64,000 nucleotides of DNA from Chloroflexota bacterium. GTDB taxonomy: Bacteria; Chloroflexota; Anaerolineae; UBA4142. The DNA lies in assembly GCA_037440365.1 (NCBI GenBank), contig JBBIUF010000003.1:28910-92909 (forward strand). The letters are read 5' to 3'. The position numbers and the translations under genes were made by a program. Every line of letters starts with the position of its first letter. The stretch's first letter is position 1. Below, piece by piece: positions 17,113 through 26,882 of the stretch. The notes below the pieces were generated by a model. That model worked only from the letters and a program-made list of their open reading frames with translations. It made no database searches and had not been told where the DNA came from.

Positions 17113-18234
17113 CTAGACTTCGGTGCCTTGCCCGATGCGTGGAATGCCATATACGGTTTTCCAACCGGGGCTAAGGGGTTCGCGCAGATAGGGTTCCATT
17201 TCGGCTTGGGTGCGCAACGTCACCTGTTCCACGGGCGGGACTTGGCCCGGCGGAAAAGCGGCAAGCACATCATCTGCCCACAGCGTCAGATATTTCAGAA
17301 TTGCCGCCATCGGTCGTTTTGCTTTTTGCGCCGCGCCCGCTTTAGCTTTACCCACGACGCCTTCGGGGGTTGCCGCGATCTCGATCGCAAAATGGCCTTC
17401 ACCTTCCGACCAGCGGCTGGGGCGCCCAAACGGATCCACAGATTTATCAAAGTGACCTTCGGGCATAAAGTTTTTGCCTTCGGTGTCCACGGCGTACCGC
17501 ATATCAACCATTTCCGGATGCAGTAACAGGCTCAATGATGTTTCGGACTCGTCCGCATGAACAAAGTTGGTGTCCATCTGCCCGCCGCGATCAGTGGAAC
17601 GGAAGAATTCACGTACGCCTCGATGCCAGTCAATCACGCGGAAAATGCCGGGCAATTGATAGCGCTTCATAAATTCTTGCACGGCGGATTCCAGCATCCA
17701 TAACTGACCGTGATTGTTCACAATGATCTGTTTGCGAAAACCATCATTCCACAAACCCAGCATCACGTCAATCATCATTTCACGGACGGCGTGCTCACGC
17801 ACGATCACCGTGCCGGGCATACCCAAGTGATGGTACGGATGGCCGCCATAATTCAGCGGCGGCAAAGCCAGGTTGATCGGCGCGCCGCGCTTGGCGGTAT
17901 AGCGGCGCACGCCTTCACAGATGGCGCTGACGTAGAGCGTATCTGCGGCGCTCGGCAAGTGCTGTCCATGCAATTCCGTGCAACCCACTGGGATAAACAC
18001 AATGTCGTTCTTTTTGCGATTCTGCTCAACTTGCCAGCGGGTGGTGGTCTGAATATACGATCCTGGCTTACCCCATTCGACGGGCGAAGGAATTCCATAG
18101 TCAGCCAGGATCGCGTCAATCTGCTCATCGGTAGCTTGCCAGATTTCTTTCTTCATGCGCCCCACGCTGTTATCTTCGAAAAACAGGTCGGGCTGATTTG
18201 TGGCTAGAAATCCATGCGGTACATTGGTGGTCAT
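17113..18234 (-). CDS. Creatininase-family amidohydrolase
   Basis: 373 aa. FIPVGCTELHGQHLPSAADT matches the creatininase/ArfB/MftE family metal-binding signature. Confidence 0.75.
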   Translation of the reverse strand: MTTNVPHGFLATNQPDLFFEDNSVGRMKKEIWQATDEQIDAILADYGIPSPVEWGKPGSYIQTTTRWQVEQNRKKNDIVFIPVGCTELHGQHLPSAADTLYVSAICEGVRRYTAKRGAPINLALPPLNYGGHPYHHLGMPGTVIVREHAVREMMIDVMLGLWNDGFRKQIIVNNHGQLWMLESAVQEFMKRYQLPGIFRVIDWHRGVREFFRSTDRGGQMDTNFVHADESETSLSLLLHPEMVDMRYAVDTEGKNFMPEGHFDKSVDPFGRPSRWSEGEGHFAIEIAATPEGVVGKAKAGAAQKAKRPMAAILKYLTLWADDVLAAFPPGQVPPVEQVTLRTQAEMEPYLREPLSPGWKTVYGIPRIGQGTEV

Positions 18235-18280
18235 TTTATTTTTTCCTTTGCACTAGTTAGATTGATCAAACGATCGGGCA

Positions 18281-19114
18281 TTATTCAATTTTGAAATAGG
18301 GGCTCAGCACGTTGAGCGCAGTCGCTTTTGCTTTCACCGCAACTTGGCGCGGCTCCCAACTCCAATACTCGGGACGAAACAGTTCGACGGAGCAAGAACC
18401 ATCGTAGCCAATGCCTTTGAGCCGCGCGCAAATTTCGGCAAGCGGAATCACGCCCAGACCAGGGAACAGCCGGGTCGCATCTGTGATCGCTTCCTTGGGC
18501 GTATCGTCGAGATCGTCGAGGTGAAAAGCAAAGATGCGTTTTGGATCGAGTTGATCAAGTTCACTCAGCAGTCCGCCGCCGCCAAACAAGTGCGCCGCGT
18601 CAATCGTCATGCCGATATTGTCACGATCTGTTTTTTGCACGATCTCGAATGCGGCGCGCGGCGTGCGGACACTGCACCAACCAAATCCTAGAAATTCGAA
18701 CGAGAGTTTGATGCCGTACCGGTGCGCGATCTCACCCAAGTCACGCAACACCGTGACATACTCGGTAACGATGTCTGCCCAAGCCAGGTTACGGTCAGGC
18801 GTCGGGCTAGGCACGACGACGATGGTTGGACAATGAATGGCTTGAGCGATGCGGCAGAGCTCGTGACAACGCGCTTGAATGCGCGTATAGTCTTGTCCGC
18901 GAAACGCAATAAACTCGATCGAGTTGATTGCACTGGGGGTAATGCTATGGTCGGCAAACAAAGCGTTGAGTTCAGCCAGCGCATGGTGCGTTAGGTACTG
19001 ATCCATTTTGGTCGCCCACACTTCGAGTGCCTTGAAACCAGCATACGCGGTAATGGCAACATCGGTTTCGAGATCGCTCGTCATTGTTGTTGCACCATGA
19101 AAACCCAACTGCAT
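18281..19114 (-). CDS. Sugar phosphate isomerase/epimerase (xylose isomerase-like TIM barrel, second copy)
   Basis: 277 aa. GFKALEV, FEFLGF, DAAHLF and FHLDD motifs of the TIM-barrel family. AAAGGAG RBS. Confidence 0.8.
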   Translation of the reverse strand: MQLGFHGATTMTSDLETDVAITAYAGFKALEVWATKMDQYLTHHALAELNALFADHSITPSAINSIEFIAFRGQDYTRIQARCHELCRIAQAIHCPTIVVVPSPTPDRNLAWADIVTEYVTVLRDLGEIAHRYGIKLSFEFLGFGWCSVRTPRAAFEIVQKTDRDNIGMTIDAAHLFGGGGLLSELDQLDPKRIFAFHLDDLDDTPKEAITDATRLFPGLGVIPLAEICARLKGIGYDGSCSVELFRPEYWSWEPRQVAVKAKATALNVLSPYFKIE

Positions 19115-19159
19115 GATTCACTCCTTTAATTGCGGTTGCCCAATGTCACGGCGCGCCTG

Positions 19160-20170
19160 TTAGCCAATCTCGCTTAATTTGACTGGACGATTCTCGCGGT
19201 ACGATTTCCACGCGGCATATCCCAACACCACTGCCATGCGTCCATCATGACCATTCGTCGGCGTAGGCTTGTCATCGCGCACACATTCGATAAATTGGCG
19301 GACTTCTTCCACATAGCACGGCGCATAGCGAGCCATGAAAAAGTAGGGCGGTCGCGCGGAATGATAACCATCCTTGGTGCCTCGAACGACAGTATTTTCC
19401 GCTTCGTTGTCGGCTCTAGCGTTGCCGTTCGAGCAAAACACTTCGAGTTGTTGATCATAGCCATAAACTGCCTGGCGACTGTTGTCAATGACCCCGATTG
19501 CGCCATTCGTGAATTTTAATGTGACCAGAGTTGTGTCGAGATCATTCACCTCGGCGAGTTGCGGCGCGACGAGGACGTTGCCCAAAGCATAGACTTGTTC
19601 AATCTCGCCGACCTGGTAACGCGCCATATCGAAATCGTGAATGGTCATATCGAGAAACATTCCCCCCGAGCCGCGCGCGTATTCGACTGAGGGTGGTTCT
19701 GGATCACGGCTGGCGATGCGCAGGATGCAGGGTTTGCCAATGTCGCCGGAAGCCACAATGTCATGCACCTGTTTGAAACTTTTATCAAAGCGGCGATTGA
19801 ACCCGACTTGGAGTTTGACGCCGGCTTGATCCACTGTGGCCAGTGCGTCATCAATGGTAGCCAGGTCGAGTGCGAGCGGCTTTTCGCAAAAAATATGTTT
19901 ACCCGCCGCCGCGACATCTTTCATGATGAATGCGTGGGTGTTCGTCGTGGTGGCAATCAGAATTGCTTCAATGTCCTGGTCTGCGAGGAGCTCGTGATAA
20001 TCACGCACGACTCGCTTGACCCCCAGTTCGTCGGCGAGCGCTTGCGCGACATCGAGGCGGAGATCGCACACCGCCACCAAGTCCGCTTCGGGGATGAGGC
20101 GCGCGAGATTACGTGCATGGACACTGCCCATCCGCCCTGTGCCGATCACCGCAATTTTGATTTTTTTCAT
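19160..20170 (-). CDS. Gfo/Idh/MocA-family NAD(P) oxidoreductase (inositol 2-dehydrogenase-like)
   Basis: 336 aa. MKKIKIAVIGTGRMG Rossmann N-terminus, EKP motif (FCEKPLA), and IolG-like length. Confidence 0.85.
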   Translation of the reverse strand: MKKIKIAVIGTGRMGSVHARNLARLIPEADLVAVCDLRLDVAQALADELGVKRVVRDYHELLADQDIEAILIATTTNTHAFIMKDVAAAGKHIFCEKPLALDLATIDDALATVDQAGVKLQVGFNRRFDKSFKQVHDIVASGDIGKPCILRIASRDPEPPSVEYARGSGGMFLDMTIHDFDMARYQVGEIEQVYALGNVLVAPQLAEVNDLDTTLVTLKFTNGAIGVIDNSRQAVYGYDQQLEVFCSNGNARADNEAENTVVRGTKDGYHSARPPYFFMARYAPCYVEEVRQFIECVRDDKPTPTNGHDGRMAVVLGYAAWKSYRENRPVKLSEIG

Positions 20171-20171
20171 A

Positions 20172-21221
20172 TCAGGGTTGAACCTGCATCACGATTTTCA
20201 TTGCGCTCTTGGGTTTATGCGTCAAGGTTTTGAGATCGAGACCCAAGTCCTCAAACGCGCTCAAGCCTTCCATCAGCGGAATGACCTTGGTGAAAAATGG
20301 TTTCATGTCCAAGCGCTTTTCTTGGAACAAGCGAATTGAGGGTACCATGGTGTTCTGACCCAGGTACAAGCCTAGAATTTTAGTCGCCCAACGGGTAATT
20401 TCGTTCGGCACCACCGTGGCTTGGATACTCGAATCCATGCCAAAAGGCAACACTTTGCCGCCAGGCGTTACACATTGCAAGGCGGTCTCCAACGCATTGC
20501 CAGTCGCTTCGATGACAATATCGGCTTTGCGACCGTAAGTGAACGCGGTGATTTTTTCGACCACGTTGACCTCGTTCGGATTCCAAACGGTCAGTCCACA
20601 TTCCTTGGCAACATTAATGCGAAAAGGATCGATCTCGGTCACGGCAACTTTGGCGGCAATGTTCTTGGCGAACTGGGCGAACAAATAGCCGATCGGGCCG
20701 AACCCCAGGATCATCACATAATCATAGGGCAACATCAAAAGCGTGTTCATGCCATTGACGACTGTCGCCAGCGTTTCAACTTGCGTGCCTAGCACATTAT
20801 CAATTTCTGGCGGCAGAACAAAACATTGCTTTTCCGGCACTAGGCAGTACTCGGCATAGCCGCCATCGCGCATCACCCCGAGTGCGCTGGTCTTGATCTC
20901 GACACACTGGCTACTCAAGCCCATGCGGCAAAACGAGCAAAAGCCGCAACGGATATTATTATCAATCGCCACGCGGTCGCCCAGTTGCAGATGCGTTACA
21001 TGCGTGCCAATGTCCACGACTTCGCCGCAAAATTCGTGACCCAGCACCGTGTTGGGTTTGAAATGGTGTTTGCCTTCGAGAATCTTGACGTCCGTCCCGC
21101 AGATGCCAACCGTTTTTACTTTGAGCAACACGTCATCTGGGGCTTGGACTTGCGGAATGGGAATTTCTTCGGCGACTAGGTTGCCTACATTCTTAAATAC
21201 GAGCGCTTGCATTGTGTTCAT
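20172..21221 (-). CDS. Zinc-dependent medium-chain dehydrogenase (threonine/sorbitol dehydrogenase-like)
   Basis: 349 aa. GICGTDV and GHEFCGEV motifs, plus the structural-zinc Cys cluster CGFCSFC. 1-nt gap to the next gene. Confidence 0.85.
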   Translation of the reverse strand: MNTMQALVFKNVGNLVAEEIPIPQVQAPDDVLLKVKTVGICGTDVKILEGKHHFKPNTVLGHEFCGEVVDIGTHVTHLQLGDRVAIDNNIRCGFCSFCRMGLSSQCVEIKTSALGVMRDGGYAEYCLVPEKQCFVLPPEIDNVLGTQVETLATVVNGMNTLLMLPYDYVMILGFGPIGYLFAQFAKNIAAKVAVTEIDPFRINVAKECGLTVWNPNEVNVVEKITAFTYGRKADIVIEATGNALETALQCVTPGGKVLPFGMDSSIQATVVPNEITRWATKILGLYLGQNTMVPSIRLFQEKRLDMKPFFTKVIPLMEGLSAFEDLGLDLKTLTHKPKSAMKIVMQVQP

Positions 21222-21328
21222 AGTGCACTCCTCGAGTTATTTAGCATCACCGCAGACTTGGGCTTGCGATGAGGTTTGGACCTTCCTGGGTTGGAGCGTT
21301 TTTGGGCGCGATAAAAGAGCGCGCTGGT

Positions 21329-22333
21329 TTAGGTCTGGCTTTGCGGCGACGATTCCCGCACAATCAACTCGCCTGGAATTACCACGTCCGAAACTTGGGA
21401 TGCCGGATCGTTCATCAGCGTCAATGCCATGTGCATCGCTTGCTGGCCCATTTCAAGCATGGGCTGGTGAATCGTCGTCAACGGCGGATCGACGTACATG
21501 CCAAACGCAATATCGTCAAACCCTACGAGCGCCATGTCAGCAGGCACGCGAATCCTGTGTTGTCTAAGGGTACTGAGGGCGCCGATTGCCGTGATATCGT
21601 TGTAACAGAAAACGGCGGTGGGGATTGGGGTATGCGACAAGAGCCGGGTGATCTGTGCGCCACCTTCGATGCGGCCGTTGCCAGCTACAACCAGGGTCGG
21701 ATCAAAAATAATTCCGGCTTTTTTCAAGGCACTGCGATAACCCGCGAGGCGATTCTTGCTCGCCGCATAACCTTTCGGTCCGCAGATGTGACCAATCGTG
21801 CGATGTCCGAGCGCAAGCAGGTGGTTCGTGGCAAGTTTTGCGCCCTGGGTATCGTCAATTGCAATCGAGTGGATGAACGAGCCTTGTTGCTGGTTATTGA
21901 TCAGCACAATCGGCACGCCAATATCCTGAAGGATTGAACTGTACAGTGAACCCACGCGGGACGATGCGACGATCACACCATCCACGCGCCATTCGCGCAA
22001 CGCTTTGACCGAGTTGATTTCACGCTCGGGATCGTTATGCGATGTGCCGAGAACGACGCGATAACCATTATCGCCGGCGATTTGTTCAATGCCGCGGACA
22101 ACTTCGGCGACAAAAGGATCGGCGATCGAGGTAACGATCACGCCGATCGCGTGCGTCCGCTGGGTCACGAGGCCGCGTGCGATTGCGTTAGGGGTATAGC
22201 CGAGTTTCTTGGCGATCCGTTCGACGCGGTGCCGAGTTTTTGCGGGGATCAGCGGGCTGTTCGCAAGCGCGCGGGAGACAGTAGAATGAGAAACGCTAGC
22301 GGCTTTGGCAACGTCTTTGATCGAGACTTTCAT
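21329..22333 (-). CDS. LacI-family transcriptional regulator
   Basis: Start set at ATG 22333 (MKVSIKDVAKAASVSHSTVSRAL, the HTH motif). Periplasmic-binding-protein-like effector domain. Confidence 0.9.
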   Translation of the reverse strand: MKVSIKDVAKAASVSHSTVSRALANSPLIPAKTRHRVERIAKKLGYTPNAIARGLVTQRTHAIGVIVTSIADPFVAEVVRGIEQIAGDNGYRVVLGTSHNDPEREINSVKALREWRVDGVIVASSRVGSLYSSILQDIGVPIVLINNQQQGSFIHSIAIDDTQGAKLATNHLLALGHRTIGHICGPKGYAASKNRLAGYRSALKKAGIIFDPTLVVAGNGRIEGGAQITRLLSHTPIPTAVFCYNDITAIGALSTLRQHRIRVPADMALVGFDDIAFGMYVDPPLTTIHQPMLEMGQQAMHMALTLMNDPASQVSDVVIPGELIVRESSPQSQT

Positions 22334-22348
22334 TGTCCCTCTATAATT

Positions 22349-22364
22349 ATGCACACGTGTGCAT
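22349..22364. promoter_or_regulatory. 16-bp perfect palindrome, candidate LacI-family operator
   Basis: ATGCACACGTGTGCAT with a central CG, 16 nt upstream of the lacI-family start codon, inside an AT-rich promoter-like stretch. Confidence 0.5.
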
Positions 22365-22487
22365 GAAGAATATAACAGAAAACGCGCTTGCCGTCAAGTC
22401 AAGCCGGGAACTGGTCGGGCGGGGTCACGGTTTTGGCCAAGTTCGAACTTTCCCAAAACTGGGATGCGCTCTGCTCACGCCAGGGGC

Positions 22488-22515
22488 TTGACAAAATAGT
22501 TCGATTCCGTATAAT
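22488..22515 (+). promoter_or_regulatory. Sigma-70-like promoter for the marR-ABC exporter operon
   Basis: TTGACA-16 nt-TATAAT, 29 nt upstream of the ATG at 22544. Confidence 0.6.
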
Positions 22516-22543
22516 TCGGCTTGTGATTATATAGGAGTCGTCA

Positions 22544-23101
22544 ATGAGAACCAATGTGGCTGAAACCAAACGCGAAAAAGCATGGCAGGACTTGCCGTTA
22601 GCGCAAGATGTGGAGAATCCGCAAGGTTTTGCGCTTATGCGGGCGCTAATGTCTTCCGCGCATTTGCTCGAAGTTGTCGCCGATCACAGTTTGCAAGCCA
22701 AGGGTTTGTCCCTGCCGCGCATGCGTTTGCTCTTGCGGCTCTTTGCCGAAGAACAGCACGGCAGTAAAGAGGGCGTCTCCCCCAGTGCGCTGAGTCAACA
22801 TCAGCACATTAGCAAAAACACGGTGAGTTCGTTGCTCGGTTCGCTCGAAGAGCAGGGCTTGATTGAGCGGGCGTTATGCAATGAAGACAAGCGCAGTTTC
22901 AAAATACGCTTAACCCGCACCGGACGCGAGCTCATTCGCGCTGCGTTGCCCGCGCACAATACCTTGATCGCGGAAACATTTGCCGCGCTCTCGGCGGAGG
23001 ACCAAAAAATTCTGTTCAAGGTGTTGAGCAAACTTCGCGAATCGTTAATGCGGCAAATCGAAAAAATCGATCTTAGTTCATACAAAACATCTGCGGAGTA
23101 A
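22544..23101 (+). CDS. MarR-family transcriptional regulator
   Basis: 185 aa. Winged-helix region (LSQHQHISKNTVSSLLGSLEEQGLIER...DKRSFKIRLT). AGGAG RBS. Confidence 0.85.
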   Translation: MRTNVAETKREKAWQDLPLAQDVENPQGFALMRALMSSAHLLEVVADHSLQAKGLSLPRMRLLLRLFAEEQHGSKEGVSPSALSQHQHISKNTVSSLLGSLEEQGLIERALCNEDKRSFKIRLTRTGRELIRAALPAHNTLIAETFAALSAEDQKILFKVLSKLRESLMRQIEKIDLSSYKTSAE

Positions 23102-23137
23102 TCAACTAGTTGCAAGACATCGTCGAGATGAAAATAT

Positions 23138-24877
23138 ATGATTAAATTATTACGGTTCCTGAATCCCTATCGGGCTTTACTCGTGCTGATCTTGGTGCTG
23201 GCCATTGCCCAGTCTACGGCGAATTTATATTTGCCGAATTTAATGTCTGACATTGTGAATAACGGCATTGCGCGATTCAACACCAACTATATCGAGCGAA
23301 CGGGCCTAGTCATGGTGGTGGTGGCGATCGGCGGAACGATCTGCACCGTGATCGGCACATTTCTAGCCGCGCAAGTGGCGACCGATATGATCAAAACGGT
23401 GCGCGCCCAGATTTTCCGCAGGGTTCAACTCTTTTCGCTTCACGAGTTTGACACGATCAGCACCGCGTCGCTCATCACGCGCACCACCAACGATACGACC
23501 CAGGTTCAACAGTTGATGGTCATGTCGTTGAGCATGTTGATCACCGCTCCGATTACCCTTGTGGTCGGAATCATCATGGCATTGCAACAGGATGTCGGCT
23601 TGTCTTGGATCCTGCTCGTGATTATGCCGATTCTCGTCGGCGTGGTGGTTGTCTTGCTGATCCAGGCGGTGCCACTCTTCAGAATGATGCAATCCAAAAT
23701 TGACCGGCTCAATCTCATTCTCGACGAAAATTTGACGGGTGTGCGGGTCATTCGGGCGTTTAATCGCATCAAACACGAAGAGCAACGGTTTGACGTTGCC
23801 AACCGCGATGTCACAGACCTGGCGATCAAAGTCAATCGCCTTGTCGCCACGATGATGCCGATTATGATGTTGATGATCAACCTTTCGACCGTGGCGATCA
23901 TCTGGTTCGGCAGTGATCGCGTAGGGCACGGCACATTGCAGATGGGCGCGATGTTTGCTTTTATGCAGTATTCTATGCAGATTCTCTTTTCGCTCTTGAT
24001 GGTCGCATTAATGTTCATCATGATCCCGCGCGCGGAAGCGTCTGCGAACCGCATCAACGAAGTCCTGGACATCCAGCCGGAAATCAACGATCCTCAAGCA
24101 CCCCAGCCCGCCGTTCTGACGCGCGGCTCGGTCGAATTTCAAGACGTAGCGTTTAGTTATCACGGTGCGGAAACGCCCGCGCTCTCCAACATTACCTTCC
24201 GCGCTTTGCCGGGCAAGGTCACGGCGATCATTGGCGGCACCGGCGCGGGTAAATCCACACTCGTCAATCTCATTCCGCGTTTCTATGACATTAATAGCGG
24301 GCGCATTTTGGTTGACGGCGTTGAAACGCGCGAGATGACGCAGGAACATTTACGAGCCAAGATCGGATTCGTGCCGCAAAAAGCCGTGTTGTTTTCGGGA
24401 ACGATCGATGATAATCTCCGCTATGGCAAGGAAGACGCGACCGCGGCTGAAATCAAACACGCGGCGGATATCGCTCAAGCTACCGATTTCATTTCTCAGA
24501 TGCCGGACAAGTTTGAATCTTTGATTTCGCAGGGCGGGACGAATGTTTCGGGCGGGCAGATGCAACGGCTCTCCATTGCGCGCGCCCTGGTGCGCAAACC
24601 CGAAATCTATATCTTTGACGATACCTTTTCCGCGCTTGATTTCAAGACTGATGCTAAATTGCGCGCGGCGCTCAAGCAAGAGACTCGCGAGGCAACGGTG
24701 TTGATCGTCGCTCAGCGCGTCAGCACCGTGATGGACGCCGATCAGATTATCGTCCTGGACGAAGGTCGGATGGCTGGAATTGGTACTCACCGCGAACTGA
24801 TGAAGACATGCGAGGTGTATAGCGGCATTGTCTACTCACAGTTGTCGGCGGCAGAAGTGGCGGAAGAAACAGCATGA
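23138..24877 (+). CDS. ABC exporter fused permease/ATPase, degenerate-site half of a heterodimer
   Basis: 6-TM domain plus NBD. Walker A GGTGAGKST, signature VSGGQMQRLSIARAL. Walker B IYIFDD has Asp in place of the catalytic Glu. Confidence 0.9.
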   Translation: MIKLLRFLNPYRALLVLILVLAIAQSTANLYLPNLMSDIVNNGIARFNTNYIERTGLVMVVVAIGGTICTVIGTFLAAQVATDMIKTVRAQIFRRVQLFSLHEFDTISTASLITRTTNDTTQVQQLMVMSLSMLITAPITLVVGIIMALQQDVGLSWILLVIMPILVGVVVVLLIQAVPLFRMMQSKIDRLNLILDENLTGVRVIRAFNRIKHEEQRFDVANRDVTDLAIKVNRLVATMMPIMMLMINLSTVAIIWFGSDRVGHGTLQMGAMFAFMQYSMQILFSLLMVALMFIMIPRAEASANRINEVLDIQPEINDPQAPQPAVLTRGSVEFQDVAFSYHGAETPALSNITFRALPGKVTAIIGGTGAGKSTLVNLIPRFYDINSGRILVDGVETREMTQEHLRAKIGFVPQKAVLFSGTIDDNLRYGKEDATAAEIKHAADIAQATDFISQMPDKFESLISQGGTNVSGGQMQRLSIARALVRKPEIYIFDDTFSALDFKTDAKLRAALKQETREATVLIVAQRVSTVMDADQIIVLDEGRMAGIGTHRELMKTCEVYSGIVYSQLSAAEVAEETA

Positions 24878-26871
24878 TGGCAAATACGAATTCAACTAGT
24901 TCCAAAAACCAAAGGGATACGCAACCGCGCGGTCCGATGGGTGCGATGGGCGCGATGGGACGCCCGGTCGAAAAAGCCAAAGATTTTTCGGGAACGCTCC
25001 GGCGCTTGTTAATGTACTTTGTGCCGGAAAAGATCAATCTAACCGTTGTGCTTGCCGCCGCGATCATCGGCACGATTTTCAATATCGTCGGTCCCAAAAT
25101 CCTGGGGTTTGCCACGACGCGTTTGTTCAATAATCTGATCGACCGCTTTGTTGCCGAGGCAACGAATCAATCGATCCGACAGCAACTCGCGCAAAACGCA
25201 TCACTGCCCCTGCAACTCTCACCCGTTCCTGGGATCGATTTTGCCTATATTGGCAGAATCATCTTGATATTGATTGGATTGTACCTGATCAGCGCGGTTT
25301 TTATTTTCATTCAACAATACCTGATGGCGGGCGTGTCGCAACGAACGATTTACACCATGCGCAAGCAAGTGGACGAGAAATTATCGCGCTTGCCGCTCAA
25401 ATACTTTGACGGGCGCACGCACGGCGAAATTCTCAGCCGCGCCGTCAATGATATGGATAACATTGCCTCCACGCTTCAGCAAAGTCTGATGCAAATGATT
25501 ACCTCGGTGGTCACGCTGGTCGGCGTGTTAGTCATGATGCTTTCGATCAGTTGGGAGTTGACCCTGATCGTTTTGTTGACGCTTCCGCTGTCTGTGATGA
25601 TTATCGGCGGCATTGCCAAGCGCTCCCAGGAATATTTTCGCAATCAGCAAAGATCGCTCGGCGAACTCAACGGTCATGTCGAAGAAATGTACGCCGGCCA
25701 CAAGATCGTCAAAGCGTTTGGGCACGAAGCCAAGGCGATTGCGGAATTTGACGAGTTGAACGCCAAGCTCCGCGAAGCCGGCTGGAAGGCGCAATTCGTT
25801 TCCGGCATCATCATGCCGCTCATGCGCTTTGTCGGCAACCTGGGTTACGTCTTGGTCGCCGTTGTCGGCGGCGTGATGGTCACCAAGAATTCGATTTCGC
25901 TGGGCGACGTTCAGGCGTTTATCCAGTATTCCAATCAATTTACACAGCCGATCATTCAGCTCGCGAACATTGCCAACGTGATCCAATCCACCATTGCTTC
26001 GGCGGAGCGCGTCTTTGAACTCTTGGACGAACAAGAACAAGTGCCCGAAATTGCCGAGTCGCTGATCGTTCAATCGGCAGGTCATGTTGAGTTCCGCCAC
26101 GTCAAGTTTGGGTACAGCCCGGACAAGATTTTGATGCAAGACGTGAATATCGAAGCCAAACCGGGGCAGATGATCGCGATTGTGGGTCCGACCGGCGCGG
26201 GCAAGACGACGCTCGTCAATCTGCTGATGCGTTTTTACGAAGTGAACGGCGGCAAAATTTTGGTGGACGGCGTGGATATTGTCAATCTCACGCGCGGCGA
26301 TTTGCGTTGCATGTTCGGCATGGTGCTCCAAGACACCTGGCTTTTCCACGGCACTCTGCGCGACAATATCGCGTATGGCAAAGAAAATGCGAACGAGGAA
26401 GAAATTATTCGCGCCTCCAAAGTGGCGTATGCCGATCACTTTATCCGCACTCTGCCGGAGGGCTATCAAACGGTTCTCAACGAAGAAGCCACAAATATCT
26501 CCCAGGGTCAAAAGCAATTGCTCACCATCGCGCGCGCGTTCCTGAATGATCCCCAGGTCTTGATTTTGGACGAAGCGACCAGCAGTGTCGATACGCGAAC
26601 CGAAATTTTGATCCAGGAAGCCATGAGTCGGCTGATGAAAGGCAGAACGAGTTTCGTCATTGCGCACCGCCTCTCGACCATCCGCAACGCGGATCTGATC
26701 CTGGTGATGAATCATGGCACGATCATCGAGCAGGGCACACACGAACAACTGCTCGCCAAACGCGGCTTTTATGCGGACCTGTACAATAGTCAATTCAAAG
26801 GGTATTCCATTGATGAGGCAGCCGCATTACCTGAATACACAAAACAAAATTCTGAAGAATTGGTAGGTTAA
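24874..26871 (+). CDS. ABC exporter fused permease/ATPase, consensus-site half of a heterodimer
   Basis: ATGA overlap with the partner gene. Walker A GPTGAGKTT, Walker B LILDEATS. Non-canonical signature ISQGQKQ, which faces the partner's degenerate site. Confidence 0.9.
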   Translation: MMANTNSTSSKNQRDTQPRGPMGAMGAMGRPVEKAKDFSGTLRRLLMYFVPEKINLTVVLAAAIIGTIFNIVGPKILGFATTRLFNNLIDRFVAEATNQSIRQQLAQNASLPLQLSPVPGIDFAYIGRIILILIGLYLISAVFIFIQQYLMAGVSQRTIYTMRKQVDEKLSRLPLKYFDGRTHGEILSRAVNDMDNIASTLQQSLMQMITSVVTLVGVLVMMLSISWELTLIVLLTLPLSVMIIGGIAKRSQEYFRNQQRSLGELNGHVEEMYAGHKIVKAFGHEAKAIAEFDELNAKLREAGWKAQFVSGIIMPLMRFVGNLGYVLVAVVGGVMVTKNSISLGDVQAFIQYSNQFTQPIIQLANIANVIQSTIASAERVFELLDEQEQVPEIAESLIVQSAGHVEFRHVKFGYSPDKILMQDVNIEAKPGQMIAIVGPTGAGKTTLVNLLMRFYEVNGGKILVDGVDIVNLTRGDLRCMFGMVLQDTWLFHGTLRDNIAYGKENANEEEIIRASKVAYADHFIRTLPEGYQTVLNEEATNISQGQKQLLTIARAFLNDPQVLILDEATSSVDTRTEILIQEAMSRLMKGRTSFVIAHRLSTIRNADLILVMNHGTIIEQGTHEQLLAKRGFYADLYNSQFKGYSIDEAAALPEYTKQNSEELVG

Positions 26872-26882
26872 AGAGGAATCAC

